A DNA stretch of 64,000 nucleotides from Amoebidium appalachense. Taxonomy: Eukaryota > Protista > Ichthyosporea. Under the pieces are notes generated by a model. That model ran no database searches and had not been told where the DNA came from. It was given only the letters and a program-made list of their open reading frames with translations. Below are positions 45,839-58,142 of the stretch, piece by piece (the stretch's first letter is position 1; each line of letters starts with the position of its first letter). Where the stretch lies: assembly GCA_963693365.1 (NCBI GenBank), contig CAVNZM010000014.1:5890001-5954000 (forward strand), written 5' to 3'. The position numbers and the translations under genes are program-made.

Positions 45839-46308
45839 GGGGAACCCCAACTAATTGATTTCTCCTTGTAGTCTTTATGGTGTCTCGTAGAGAAAGTAAA
45901 CCCTGATATATAGTCACCACCCGACATCTATGTACGTGATCATGATATACCGCTGAGGGGATATTCCGAGCAAACCCCCCCCCCCCCATACCTGAGACTG
46001 GTTCTCTTTGCCTCGAGTAAACAGCGTAAACCCCCATACGAATATCATATTACACCGTTCCCATTGGGGTCCAGGGGGGAGAGGGGGAGGGGGGGGGGGG
46101 GGGGGGGGGGACAAAACGGTTATTCTCTGAACTCGTAGCATAAGCACCTTGTTTGATGCAAGACATCACGTGTTCACACGGCAGCGGCGTAAAGCATATA
46201 TGCGACAAGAGCATGTATATCCCCCCTCCCACTCCCCTCGCTCCCTTCCCCCCCGCTGAATACACTGTGACTGTCACACACACACATACACACACACACA
46301 CACGTGCG

Positions 46309-46371
<63 letters not shown>

Positions 46372-46385
46372 CACACACAGACACA

Positions 46386-46454
<69 letters not shown>

Positions 46455-46589
46455 GCAAACGCACACACACAAACGGTCCTGCGCACACGCACACACGCAC
46501 ACACACCAACGCACACACAAACCGTTCGTGCGGCACACACGCACACAACACACACACACATAAACACACAAACGGGGGGGGGGGGGGGG

Positions 46590-46636
<47 letters not shown>

Positions 46637-46637
46637 A

Positions 46638-46737
<100 letters not shown>

Positions 46738-47149
46738 GAGAGGAACACACCCGCACAAGCATATTATCATGTATGTTCAATGTGCATAACTCCCATTGAA
46801 TGGAAACAGAAATGCCCTTAGCATATTCATATTACTACCACCGTTTCTATACTTCATCATTGAATAAGACGTCTTCTATTGCCAGCCCATCCTCATCTGT
46901 ACTTACAAATTTCTTTCTCTCTCTTCTCCTCCCCCCCCCCCCCCCCCCCCCCCCCCTATGCCGTCCCCTTTCCCCTCCCCGTTCGGCAAAACCTACCCTC
47001 CACCCCACATTCTCGTTATTTATCTTCGTCTGTCGATTTCTCCACTACTAGGGAGGCCCGTAAGACTCACACACACACATACACACATTCGCCCGCTCTC
47101 TCTCTCTCTCTCTCAGCCCCCCCCCCCCCCCTCCCTCTCTCTTTCTCAT

Positions 47150-47334
<185 letters not shown>

Positions 47335-47623
47335 CCCCCCCCCCCCCCCCTCCCTCTCCCCCTCCCCCTCCCCCTCCCCCCCCCCCCCCGCCGGTGTGTG
47401 CGAGCACGAACTGTGTGTTGTGTATGTGTGTAAGAGTGTGTGTATGTGTGTGGGGGGGTGCGTGCTCTCTCTTTCTCTCTCTCCCTCCCCCCCCCTCCTC
47501 CCCCCTCCCCCCCCCCCTCCCCCCCCCAGTGTGTGCGCGCACGTCTGCGTGTTGTGTATGTATGTAACAGTGTGTGTGGGGGGGGGGGGGGGGGGGGGGG
47601 GTGGCATTGTGTGTCTGTCTGTG

Positions 47624-47690
<67 letters not shown>

Positions 47691-47692
47691 GG

Positions 47693-47730
<38 letters not shown>

Positions 47731-47772
47731 TGTGTGTGCGTGTGCGCGCATCCTTGCGTAAGGTGTGTGTGT

Positions 47773-47839
<67 letters not shown>

Positions 47840-47847
47840 TGTAGCCT

Positions 47848-47888
<41 letters not shown>

Positions 47889-48098
47889 GTGTGTGTGTGT
47901 GTGTATCTGTGTGTGTGTGTGTGTCTGTAGCCTGGTGTGTGTGTGTGTGTGTGCCGGGTTTGTGTCTGTGTGGCTGTGTGTGTTCCAACGGTTTGTATGC
48001 CAAAATAGAACACCGACATCATAATATCTCTTTGTGTCTTTTGTGTGAGTTTGCTGACGTGTGTTGACTTGTTTGTGTGTGTGTGCGTGTGTGTGTGC

Positions 48099-48129
<31 letters not shown>

Positions 48130-48178
48130 TGTGTGTGTGCCACGTGTGTGTTTTCTGGTATGTGTGTGTGTGCGTGTA

Positions 48179-48312
<134 letters not shown>

Positions 48313-48832
48313 TATGTGTGTGTTGAATCAAAGACGTTAATACTCCTGGTGTTTATTTTAGTGTGTGCACATGTGCGCTAGACACGATATCATTTTCAAG
48401 GTCAGTGAACGGGGAAAGGGAAGGAAAAGGAGGGGGGGGGGGGGGGGAGGGGAGGAAGGGCTAAGCCTCATACTGCATGTACGAGAGTACGGTCTGTGGC
48501 GTCTATGTAGAATAGTGGATGTGCACTCTGGTGTACTGGTATATACACGTGTCCCGGTATCATATGATTTATGTATAGTATATGATCATGAGTCATATGA
48601 CTCAATATTCAACATCATGAATACGGTGTGTGTATGTATATCCATCATGCAACACTATGATATTGCACATATCCAGAGCTTGCAATTGGGTATATATATG
48701 CACATATATCTATGTCTATCCATCATGCAATACCGTACAGTGTCTGCTGCTAACAAGGCCGTCCTCACACAAGATCTCATTGACGAAAACATGCCAAAAG
48801 TAATCTTGCTAATTAGCAACTCCCTCCGAGGG

Positions 48833-48878
<46 letters not shown>

Positions 48879-49238
48879 CTCTGAGGGGTTTGAGTGGGGA
48901 GGGGAGGTGGAGGCGGAAGAGAGCGATGAGGGGGGAGGGAGGGGGGGGGGCAGAGGTCACACCTGCACACACAGCTGAATACAATGCAGATACAGCATAA
49001 TGATTTTTGGGACTGGCTGAGTTTGTAGCAATGTTATGACCCCTCAAGAGCACTTTTTTGGCTGTCATGTCTCTAAAAGCTTATACTTTTCACTTTATTG
49101 TTTTGTAGAAATAATATTCCTGCAGGCAGTGCTGCCGCAAAAAAAGTTAGCCAGCAGGGGGACAAAAACAACCTTTTATGGTCAGCCACCTGCCAAAAAT
49201 GTCGTGTAAATAGTGGGCTAATTTTGATTGGGTAACAC

Positions 49239-50003
49239 TGTTGGACATTGTGTTCATAGAAGCTAGTTCTAGTGCACGTTGTTCCTTCTGTAAGTCAGAA
49301 ATGATTGCATCTTGTGAGGCCAACCTCTGCTCCAGTAGTTGGACTAGTTGCTGCAACTGTAAGTTGTCAGACATAGTGTCGTGTATGATGGGTAACTAGT
49401 CTATGTGTTTTGTGCACTGGAAACGACAGTAGAAAAGTGTAAATCAAACGTTCTGCTTCCCATGTTTGTGACATGGGAGGCACTGCTTTATATAGTCGTT
49501 GGCCACCTCATGGTGGCCTCGTGTGCACCCTGGTGGTGGGCCATGTACAGCATGGCCGAAAAGAGAGCACAATGAAAACAAGTCGTTAAAGATATAAAAG
49601 TTAACTGTGCACGTTGAGTGGCTAGTTAACTTGCACTAAAGCACACAAATAAACGTGTTTAACACACCAATTGCAGTTAAACGTAAATCTTGCTTCACAC
49701 AACTAAAAATATTCTGAGAATATCCGGGAATAAAGCACACTACCACTCTAAGAATAGAATCCTGTGGCAAATATAGACATGACATCATCTGAACCGGGAA
49801 TATTAATTAATGAGCACAATTAGCACGTTGCTAGTGAAGCTCGTCATTGGTACAGTTTTGGCTCAAACATATAACTACCATATATGAATATGACCGTAAA
49901 CAAAAGCTCTATGCACTCGAGTGAGTGTTGAAACAGTTATTCAATTGCTCAGAAACTTTCTCTAACAGACATTGCTAGCCGGGAGTACCAGTGTACTCCA
50001 ACA
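49239..50003 (-). repeat. Copia 3' LTR
   Basis: No differences seen by eye from 54353-55117. Confidence 0.96.
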
Positions 50004-50189
50004 CCCCTACTCAATTGGATAATTGTGGTATGAATTAATGCAACTGAGCTCGAGTGCTTCAGGTGCACAAAATACAGACAATAAAGATTCCCCTACTCAA
50101 TTTTAGTATGGTACACGTAGTTGCACAGTCGGATGCAACTCTCTCCCCCCCCCTGAAGTATGAGGGCGCAGTTGGTTGATGACGGGTGC

Positions 50190-53100
50190 TCAGCACATGT
50201 TGAGCATCCCCACGGCCTTGGTGAAGAAAGAGGCAGACAGGGCCTTGGTGAACATGTCGGCCTTGTTGTCAGCAGAAGCCACCGGGACCACAGTGATGTT
50301 GCCCAGCAGGTGATGTTCCTTGACGGAGCAGTAGCGGACGTCGATGTGCTTGGTCTTGGGCTTAACCCCCAGGGTGTCCAGCAGGGCCCGGGCAGACTCA
50401 TTGTCCCCATGGATGGGCACCGGGGTGGGCTCATTGATAGGATTAAGGCCCAGGTCGTCCATCACATAGTTGAGCCATAGGGCCTCGTTCGTAGCAGCAG
50501 ACATGGCCACAAATTCAGCCTCAGTGGAGCTGTGGGTGGTGATGGACTGGAGCCGAGACACCCAGGACACAGGGGAGGAGTTTATGAAGAAGACATAGCC
50601 CGTGGTGGAGCGCCGGGTGTCGCGGTCCTCGGCGTAGTCGGAGTCGGAGTAGCCAACAAGGTTGGGGGGGCCGGGACGGTAGACAATACCCAGGTCGATG
50701 GTGGCCAGCAGGTAGCTTACAACTCTGGTAGCCATAGTCCAGTGGGTGACGGTGGGCGCATGAATGTGTCGAGTAAGGACTCCCAGAGCCTGGGAAATGT
50801 CGGGGCGGGTGGTACGCGCAATCCACAGCAGGGCACCGACCAGGCTGGCATAGTCCTCCTTCTTGCTGTAGGCTGGGGTCTTGTTGCTTTCACTGGCCTG
50901 GCCCGGGACGATGGGGGTCTTGGTGCCGGACATGTGGGTGAGACGAAAACGGGCAGCCAAGTCGATGATGTGTTGACGATGGCCCAGACGCAGAGACCCG
51001 TCCTCCAGCCAGGTAAGAGTGTGCCCGATGAGCAGGGTAGGACGACCCAGGTCCTTGGCAGAGAAACGAGCATCCAGCTTGGTGAAAAAATCGTCGATGA
51101 GCGCATCAGTGGCGGCCGTCACGGTGAAGTCATCCACGTAGGCAGCAAGGGCAATAAATGTTGGGGTCCCGGCATTCTTGATGAACAGGCACGGGTCAGC
51201 AGCACTCACAATGAAGCCTTGGTCGAGGAGATGGTCACGGAGGGCCTCATACCACTGGCGCGGTGCCTGTTTTAGGCCGTAGAGCGCCTTGTGGAGCAAG
51301 CCGACAGCATGGGGGGCCGAGGGGTTGACGAAGCCAGGGGGCTGCTCAATGTAGATGGTCTCGTTGACGGTGCCGTTGAGGAATGCTGTGTTGACGTCGA
51401 TGTGGCGCAGAGGCAGACCTTGGGCCACGGAGGTAGCCAAAACCAGCCGGATGGTAGCCAGCGCAGCCACAGGTGACTCGGTGACGAAATAGTCCTGGCC
51501 AGGCTGCTGGTAGTTGCCCCGGGCCACAAGCCGGGCCTTGAAAGCAGTGACGTTGCCGACGTTGTCCTGCTTGACCGTAAAGACCCAGCCGACCGGAATG
51601 ACAGTGGAGCCATCCTCTGGACGGGGCACAAGGGTGAAGGTGCCGTTGTCTTCCAGGGCCTTGAGCTCACGGTGTGCAGCCTCCTCCCATTTCAGACGCT
51701 GGGGACTCTTGAGTGCAGCCCGGACAGTCTTGGGGACAACAATGGTGGAAGCCTTGATGGGTGTTGATGCAGGAGCCGTAGCCTGGGGGGCAAGGGGGGC
51801 CGTAGCAGCAGCCACGTTGGCAGTCGGGCCTCGACGTTGGTCGTTGTACACAGCGCCACTACGGGTCGTCCGGGGGAGCCGATGTGCAGGCTCGGGCAGG
51901 ATCGGAATGTCCAATTGATCACTCGGCGCTGTCCCATTGGCTGACAGACGAGACGAATCAGATTGCTGATCATTCCGGACGATGTGATTGGCTGGCTGAT
52001 TTGACGAATCAGATGACTCCAAAAAATGATGAATTGCCGGTGCGGTCGACCAATCAGATGGGACATCACGGAGGGGGTGCAGAATAGCAGCCTCGTCGAA
52101 CTGCACGTCACGGCTGACGGTCATCTTGTGTGCTGCTGGAATCCAGACCTTGTAGCCCTTGATGTTAGGAGGGTAGCCCACGAAGATGCCCTTGACGGCA
52201 CGAGGCGCCAGTTTCGGTGTATCCTGTTGATGGACGTAGCAGGGAGAGCCCCAGACACGGAGCCGGCTGTAGTCGGGAGGAATGCCGGTCCACAGCAGGG
52301 CGGGAGACGATTGGCTGCCGGTGGCTCGCGACGGGAGCATGTTGCGTATAAAAGCCGCGGTCACAGCTGCCTCGGCCCAGAATCCCACCGGAAGGCCGGA
52401 CTGCTGCAGGAGTGCCCGAACCATGTCGAGGAGGGTCCGGTTCAGTCGTTCGGCAGTCCCATTCTGTTGAGGAGAGCCGGTGGTAGTGATCTGATGGCGA
52501 ATGCCATGCTCACGGTTGTAGTCCCCGAAGGCCGTGCCCATGTACTCGCCCCCCCCGTCGGACTGAAACACCTGCATGGGAACACCGTGTTGGGTAACCG
52601 CCGCCTTGTGGTACGTCACATATGCAGCCAGTGTGTCCGACTTCTTGACGAGGGGCACGGCCGTGGTGTGGCCGGTGAATTCGTCGTGGAACGTCGCCAA
52701 GTACTGAGCACCACCGATCGCGGGAGGGAAGGGGCCGCTGATGTCGCTGTGAACCTTGGCTAGGACCCGGGGAGCTTGGCTAGTTGATTCGGAGAAGGCA
52801 ACACGGTGGGCTTTGCCGAGGGCACAGGGCTCACACACACCCGGAGACTTGGCACCGCCACCCACCAACAGGCCTGCAGACTTGATGACCGAGCGTACAG
52901 CGTCAATGCCAGCATGGCCCAGACGGTAGTGCCACGTGTTGAGGTCGGCAGTAACCTTGAGGATACGCGGAGCAGTGGTGGTTTGGGCGTCCGGGGTTGT
53001 GTCCGCGCGCAGAAGAGACACCGCCATGTGGTACAGCTTGGTGCCGACAGCCGAGCCGGTGGCCAGAATTTGATCGCCGTAGCACAACTTAACGCCGCCG

Positions 53101-54488
53101 CGGGTGTCAAAGCGGGGTAAAACACCGTTGGTAGTTGCCGTGAACACACTGATGAGAGTGTCGGGGATGGAGGGCACGTAGAGTACATCCGTCAGCTGAT
53201 GCACCGCAGTAACGCCGTCGATGGTGCTGGAAAAGAACACGTCGCCCACCCCAAGCACTGCACATGCACCCTTGTCGGCTACTTGGACCGTGGAGTAAGG
53301 CGCCGCACGCATGTTGATGAACACATCGGGCCGGGGGCACACATGGTCAGTGGCTCCAGAGTCGAGGAGCACCTTGTTGGTGCCACAGTCGTTGCTAGAC
53401 ATGAGGAAAGCCCGGGGAGCGGCAGCCCCCCCCTTGCACTGTGCCGTAGTGTGGGTAGTAGAGGCAGGGTGGTTGATGCAGGACCCAGGCAGGAGGGGAC
53501 CACCCTTAGGTTTGCGGCCGTTGGCACGGTTGCCCCCCTTGCACATGGCGGTAGTGTGACTGGTAGACAGTGGGTGGTTGACGCAGGAACCCTTGGGGTA
53601 GGTGCTGGCACGGTTGTTGCCAGAGTTGCTGTGTTGGCCGTTGCCGTTGGGGCACTGAGACTTGATGTGGCCTGGTTTGCCGCAGCCGTGGCAGATGACA
53701 GGTTGAGGAGCCCGTGTGGTGAAGGCGGCCGGCCCGGAGCTGGTAGTCACACGTGCACGTGGGTGGCTGGTCTCATATGCCCGTAGCTGTTGGAGGAGGC
53801 CCATCACGGTAGGCTTGGGTGTCATCTTGTAGGCAATTACAGGCATTTCGTAGTAAGGCACCTTGCCGAGGTCGTTGGTGAGCTTGGTCAGCACTTGAGC
53901 ATCACCAATTTGTGTGCCGTAATCGGCCAGGCGCCGCACGTAGCCGCGGAGTTTCATGGCGTATTTCGTCGCGGTGTCCGTAGGTTCAGGCGTAGAATTC
54001 ATGTACAGCCCGATAAGGTCGTACTGATTGGCCTCAGATTGCTCCAGGTAGTGGGCAGATAGGGCCGACCATATCTCCGCAGGTGTGGTGGTGCGTGTTA
54101 ACCCTAGGATACAACGCACGTCAATCGAGAGTGCTTGCCACAGGTAGGAACGGGCAGTGTCGACCTGTTCACGGGTAGCCGGGTGCTCCGTACTGGGCGC
54201 GATGGTGTGGAGAAGACCAGCACCAGAAAGCTGGACATACATGGTTTCGGCCCATGTGTGGTAGTCCGTGCCTGAATCATTATCAATGCCAGTGAAGAGA
54301 GGGATGTCGACCTTGAACTTGATGGAATCATTACGTGAGGGGCCCATAACCCTGTTGGACATTGTGTTCATAGAAGCTAGTTCTAGTGCACGTTGTTCCT
54401 TCTGTAAGTCAGAAATGATTGCATCTTGTGAGGCCAACCTCTGCTCCAGTAGTTGGACTAGTTGCTGCAACTGTAAGTTGTCAGACAT
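50190..54488 (-). CDS. Copia Gag-Pol polyprotein, 1432 aa
   Basis: CCHC knuckle CHGCGKPGHIKSQC; protease LLDSGATDH; WHYRLGH..CEPC; integrase VHSD..QSDGGGEY..NGTAERLNRTL; RT KARLVARG, LYGLKQAPRQW, YVDD; RNase H DSDYA..EAEF..DN..ADMFTK. Domain order PR-IN-RT-RH is the copia order. Confidence 0.98.
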   Translation of the reverse strand: MSDNLQLQQLVQLLEQRLASQDAIISDLQKEQRALELASMNTMSNRVMGPSRNDSIKFKVDIPLFTGIDNDSGTDYHTWAETMYVQLSGAGLLHTIAPSTEHPATREQVDTARSYLWQALSIDVRCILGLTRTTTPAEIWSALSAHYLEQSEANQYDLIGLYMNSTPEPTDTATKYAMKLRGYVRRLADYGTQIGDAQVLTKLTNDLGKVPYYEMPVIAYKMTPKPTVMGLLQQLRAYETSHPRARVTTSSGPAAFTTRAPQPVICHGCGKPGHIKSQCPNGNGQHSNSGNNRASTYPKGSCVNHPLSTSHTTAMCKGGNRANGRKPKGGPLLPGSCINHPASTTHTTAQCKGGAAAPRAFLMSSNDCGTNKVLLDSGATDHVCPRPDVFINMRAAPYSTVQVADKGACAVLGVGDVFFSSTIDGVTAVHQLTDVLYVPSIPDTLISVFTATTNGVLPRFDTRGGVKLCYGDQILATGSAVGTKLYHMAVSLLRADTTPDAQTTTAPRILKVTADLNTWHYRLGHAGIDAVRSVIKSAGLLVGGGAKSPGVCEPCALGKAHRVAFSESTSQAPRVLAKVHSDISGPFPPAIGGAQYLATFHDEFTGHTTAVPLVKKSDTLAAYVTYHKAAVTQHGVPMQVFQSDGGGEYMGTAFGDYNREHGIRHQITTTGSPQQNGTAERLNRTLLDMVRALLQQSGLPVGFWAEAAVTAAFIRNMLPSRATGSQSSPALLWTGIPPDYSRLRVWGSPCYVHQQDTPKLAPRAVKGIFVGYPPNIKGYKVWIPAAHKMTVSRDVQFDEAAILHPLRDVPSDWSTAPAIHHFLESSDSSNQPANHIVRNDQQSDSSRLSANGTAPSDQLDIPILPEPAHRLPRTTRSGAVYNDQRRGPTANVAAATAPLAPQATAPASTPIKASTIVVPKTVRAALKSPQRLKWEEAAHRELKALEDNGTFTLVPRPEDGSTVIPVGWVFTVKQDNVGNVTAFKARLVARGNYQQPGQDYFVTESPVAALATIRLVLATSVAQGLPLRHIDVNTAFLNGTVNETIYIEQPPGFVNPSAPHAVGLLHKALYGLKQAPRQWYEALRDHLLDQGFIVSAADPCLFIKNAGTPTFIALAAYVDDFTVTAATDALIDDFFTKLDARFSAKDLGRPTLLIGHTLTWLEDGSLRLGHRQHIIDLAARFRLTHMSGTKTPIVPGQASESNKTPAYSKKEDYASLVGALLWIARTTRPDISQALGVLTRHIHAPTVTHWTMATRVVSYLLATIDLGIVYRPGPPNLVGYSDSDYAEDRDTRRSTTGYVFFINSSPVSWVSRLQSITTHSSTEAEFVAMSAATNEALWLNYVMDDLGLNPINEPTPVPIHGDNESARALLDTLGVKPKTKHIDVRYCSVKEHHLLGNITVVPVASADNKADMFTKALSASFFTKAVGMLNMC

Positions 54489-55117
54489 AGTGTCGTGTAT
54501 GATGGGTAACTAGTCTATGTGTTTTGTGCACTGGAAACGACAGTAGAAAAGTGTAAATCAAACGTTCTGCTTCCCATGTTTGTGACATGGGAGGCACTGC
54601 TTTATATAGTCGTTGGCCACCTCATGGTGGCCTCGTGTGCACCCTGGTGGTGGGCCATGTACAGCATGGCCGAAAAGAGAGCACAATGAAAACAAGTCGT
54701 TAAAGATATAAAAGTTAACTGTGCACGTTGAGTGGCTAGTTAACTTGCACTAAAGCACACAAATAAACGTGTTTAACACACCAATTGCAGTTAAACGTAA
54801 ATCTTGCTTCACACAACTAAAAATATTCTGAGAATATCCGGGAATAAAGCACACTACCACTCTAAGAATAGAATCCTGTGGCAAATATAGACATGACATC
54901 ATCTGAACCGGGAATATTAATTAATGAGCACAATTAGCACGTTGCTAGTGAAGCTCGTCATTGGTACAGTTTTGGCTCAAACATATAACTACCATATATG
55001 AATATGACCGTAAACAAAAGCTCTATGCACTCGAGTGAGTGTTGAAACAGTTATTCAATTGCTCAGAAACTTTCTCTAACAGACATTGCTAGCCGGGAGT
55101 ACCAGTGTACTCCAACA
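54353..55117 (-). repeat. Copia 5' LTR (contains a TATA box at ~54601-54608 and the gag start codon)
   Basis: Direct repeat of 49239-50003; TATATAAA on the minus strand. Confidence 0.96.
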
Positions 55118-55734
55118 AACACCTGCCGTCATGCCTGCACGCACATACCCCCCCAAGGTTGCCCGCAAACATAATTTTCATTGACGAAATTATTTCTAAT
55201 ATGTCATTTTCGATCATGATCTTGCTGAAACCTCCTCCCTTGCAGGGCGGGGCCCGCGGGGATGGGTGGGATGAGTGGGGGAGGGGAGGGGGGGGGGGGG
55301 GGGGGGTTGGAGACGACAAGTTGGTGTGGATGGTGGTCTGCTGATGGTGGTTGTGGCGTTGTGTGACTGTGCTGGTGTGTGTTAAGCCTTTTTTTCTTTT
55401 GTTTTCCCCTCCTTTCCCCCCCTTTTTTCCTTCCTTCCTTTCTTTCTTTCTTTCTTTCTTTCTTTTTTTTTTTTTGGGGGGGGGGGGGGGAGGGGGTTGA
55501 GAGCTTTTTTTTTTTTTTTTAGGGGGGGGGGGGGGGGGGGGGGGGAGGGGGGGGGGATTGAGAGCTCACACCTGCAAGCACAGCTGAACACAATGCACAC
55601 ACATACACACACACACACACACACACAGCCGGGGCCCACGGGGCCTGAGGGGGGAGGGGAGGGGAAGGGGGGGGTAAGGGGGAGAGCCGAGGGGGGGAGG
55701 GGGAAACGTGAGGGTGTGTGTGTGTGCATGTGTG

Positions 55735-55775
<41 letters not shown>

Positions 55776-55808
55776 GTGACACTGTGTGTGTGTGTGTGTG
55801 TGTGGGTG

Positions 55809-55844
<36 letters not shown>

Positions 55845-55856
55845 TGTGTGTGCGAC

Positions 55857-56001
<145 letters not shown>

Positions 56002-56314
56002 GCATTGTGTTCAGCTGTGCGTGCAGGTGTGTGAGCCTTCAAACCCCCCCACCCTGTTCCCCCCTCCCCTCTCCCCCCCTAAAAAAAAGAAAAAAAGAAA
56101 AAAGAAAAAAAAAATTGTAGGCAAAAGTCTCTTTTGAATCTACACATCCCTTCATGCAGACAGCAGCTAAAAATCGAAATATAGTGTATTATGCAAAGAG
56201 CAGGTCACTTATTTAAACATACTGCGCAGCCCCTGAAGTAGTGCAAATTAGGCCCTCGAAACAGAGTGATATTCTAAAAGTTCAATCGTGGAAACAGTAC
56301 TGGCCGGAAGCTTT

Positions 56315-57200
56315 GAGTGCACACAGTACCTCGTGCAAGCAGTAGGCAGCAATTCACTGAGTCAAGTGCACACAGTGACCATGCATAAGAGAAGGTGCAT
56401 TTAGCACTCGTGCAAGTAGTAGGCAGCAACAAGTGCACACAGAACTACAGTGCACAGGAGTACTAGGCATAAGAGTAAGTGCGCACAGTATATCAAGCGG
56501 TAAGCAGAACTGAAACCCACGGTGCACACAGTACTATCCATAATAGTAAAGTGCTCACAGTGCCTCATGCAAGTAGTAGGCAGCCATTTCATTTAAGTAG
56601 TAGGCAGAATTTTTTTCACTTGCCCGCCGTCGTAGTCACCGTAGGCATAACTTATTAATAAAGTGCACAAAGTACCCTGTACAAGTGGTGCCAGGCAGCA
56701 ATAAGTGCACACAAAACTACAGGCACACAGTACTAGGCATAAGAGTAAGTGCACACAGTACGTCGTGCAAGCAGCAGGCAGCAACTCAATTTATGTGCAC
56801 ACAGTGACTATGCATTAGAGCCTGTCCACACAGTACTCGTGCAAATTGTACAACGGTGCACACAGAACTACAGTGCGCACAGTACTAGGCATAAGTGTAA
56901 GTGCACACAGTACCTCGTTCACGCAGTCGGAAGCAATTAGGGCAAACAGTACTACAGGCACACAGTACTAGGCATAAGAGTAAGTGCACACAGTACCTCT
57001 AGCAAGTAGAAGGCAGCAACAAGTGCACACAGAACTAAAGTGCACACAGCACTTGGGAGAGTAAGTGAACACGGTGCCTCGTGCAAGCAGTAACTGGCAG
57101 CACTAGTACTGAAACCAGTGCACACAGTACTACGCCCAAAAATGAGTGCACACAGTAAGTCGTGCAAACAGTAGGCAGCAGTGGAAGTCACTGTGCACAT
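56315..57200. repeat. Degenerate tandem repeat built from GTGCACACAGTAC-type subunits (higher-order unit roughly 85 bp)
   Basis: Recurrent CTAGGCATAAGAGTAAGTGCACACAGTAC, CGTGCAAGCAGTAGGCAGCAAC and AAGTGCACACAGAACTACAG blocks. Confidence 0.8.
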
Positions 57201-58142
57201 AGCACTACCCGGCACGAGCAGACAAAAATAGATACGCACCAACAACCCGTCAGCTCTGCACACAATCTGATGTGATATTGTAGTCAACACAACAAAAAGG
57301 ATACTACCAACAACCGTTTAAGCAGAATGCAATATCACCATACATAAAGTACCAACCCTTTCTGTGCACAATACAGTTGTCCGACGCCTCACAAACAGAG
57401 AATTTAGATACATCAGCAGGGCAAAAGGTACGTACCCCTTCCCCCCCCCCCCCCCCCCCCCTCCCCCGGCCCATTCACCATTAACCGTTCTTTATCTTCA
57501 CGAAGTCAATTGCTGGCTGGGTAGGTGGGGGTGTTTTCGGGATGGTGATTGTGATGGTGGTTTTTATTCTGGTTTTCAAAATTGATTCGTTTATCTATGT
57601 TGGTTTGGGGGTGGGGGGAGGGGGGGGGGGGGGGGTAAGTTGAGGGGGGGAGGGAGGCGGGGGAGGGGGGGGGGGGCTTTAGGAGAGGGGAAGATTAAAG
57701 GCGAGGATAGTGGGGAATTTGGGAGGGGACTGCAAGGGGTGACGGGAGGGGAGGGGGGGGGGGGGGGGGGGGGGGGGAAGGAAAGGAGGGTAAATTAAAG
57801 GAATTTGTCCCGATGTTATCAAAGCTGCGGATGGTGACCCGAGGGGGACACGTTGGGGGGGAGGGGACGGGGGGAGGAGGGGTGGGGTGGGTGGGTGGGT
57901 AGGTGGGGGGGGGGGGGGGGGGGGGGGTATCCGTCTTGTTGCTGAACTTTATTTGTGCCGATGCACATAGTCTTTCGAGCTTTGATTAGCTCAGATCTTT
58001 TCAGCGGGAAAACTTTAACCAACTTGGCAAAGAAGCAGAAATGGACTGAAGAAGTTTACATGCTTTAATTTTTTTAGAAAACTCGGAAGTAAAAAATACA
58101 ATGACGAGCTGGGGTCTGTCTAAGGACAACTGAAAACTGTTT

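Larger units (their letters stand above)
49239..55117 (-). mobile_element. Intact Ty1/copia LTR retrotransposon
   Basis: Two 765-bp LTRs with TGTTGGA...TCCAACA ends; AACAC TSD on both sides; PBS GGGTTATGGGCCC (54340-54352); PPT TTGAGTAGGGG next to the 3' LTR; uninterrupted gag-pol. Confidence 0.98.
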
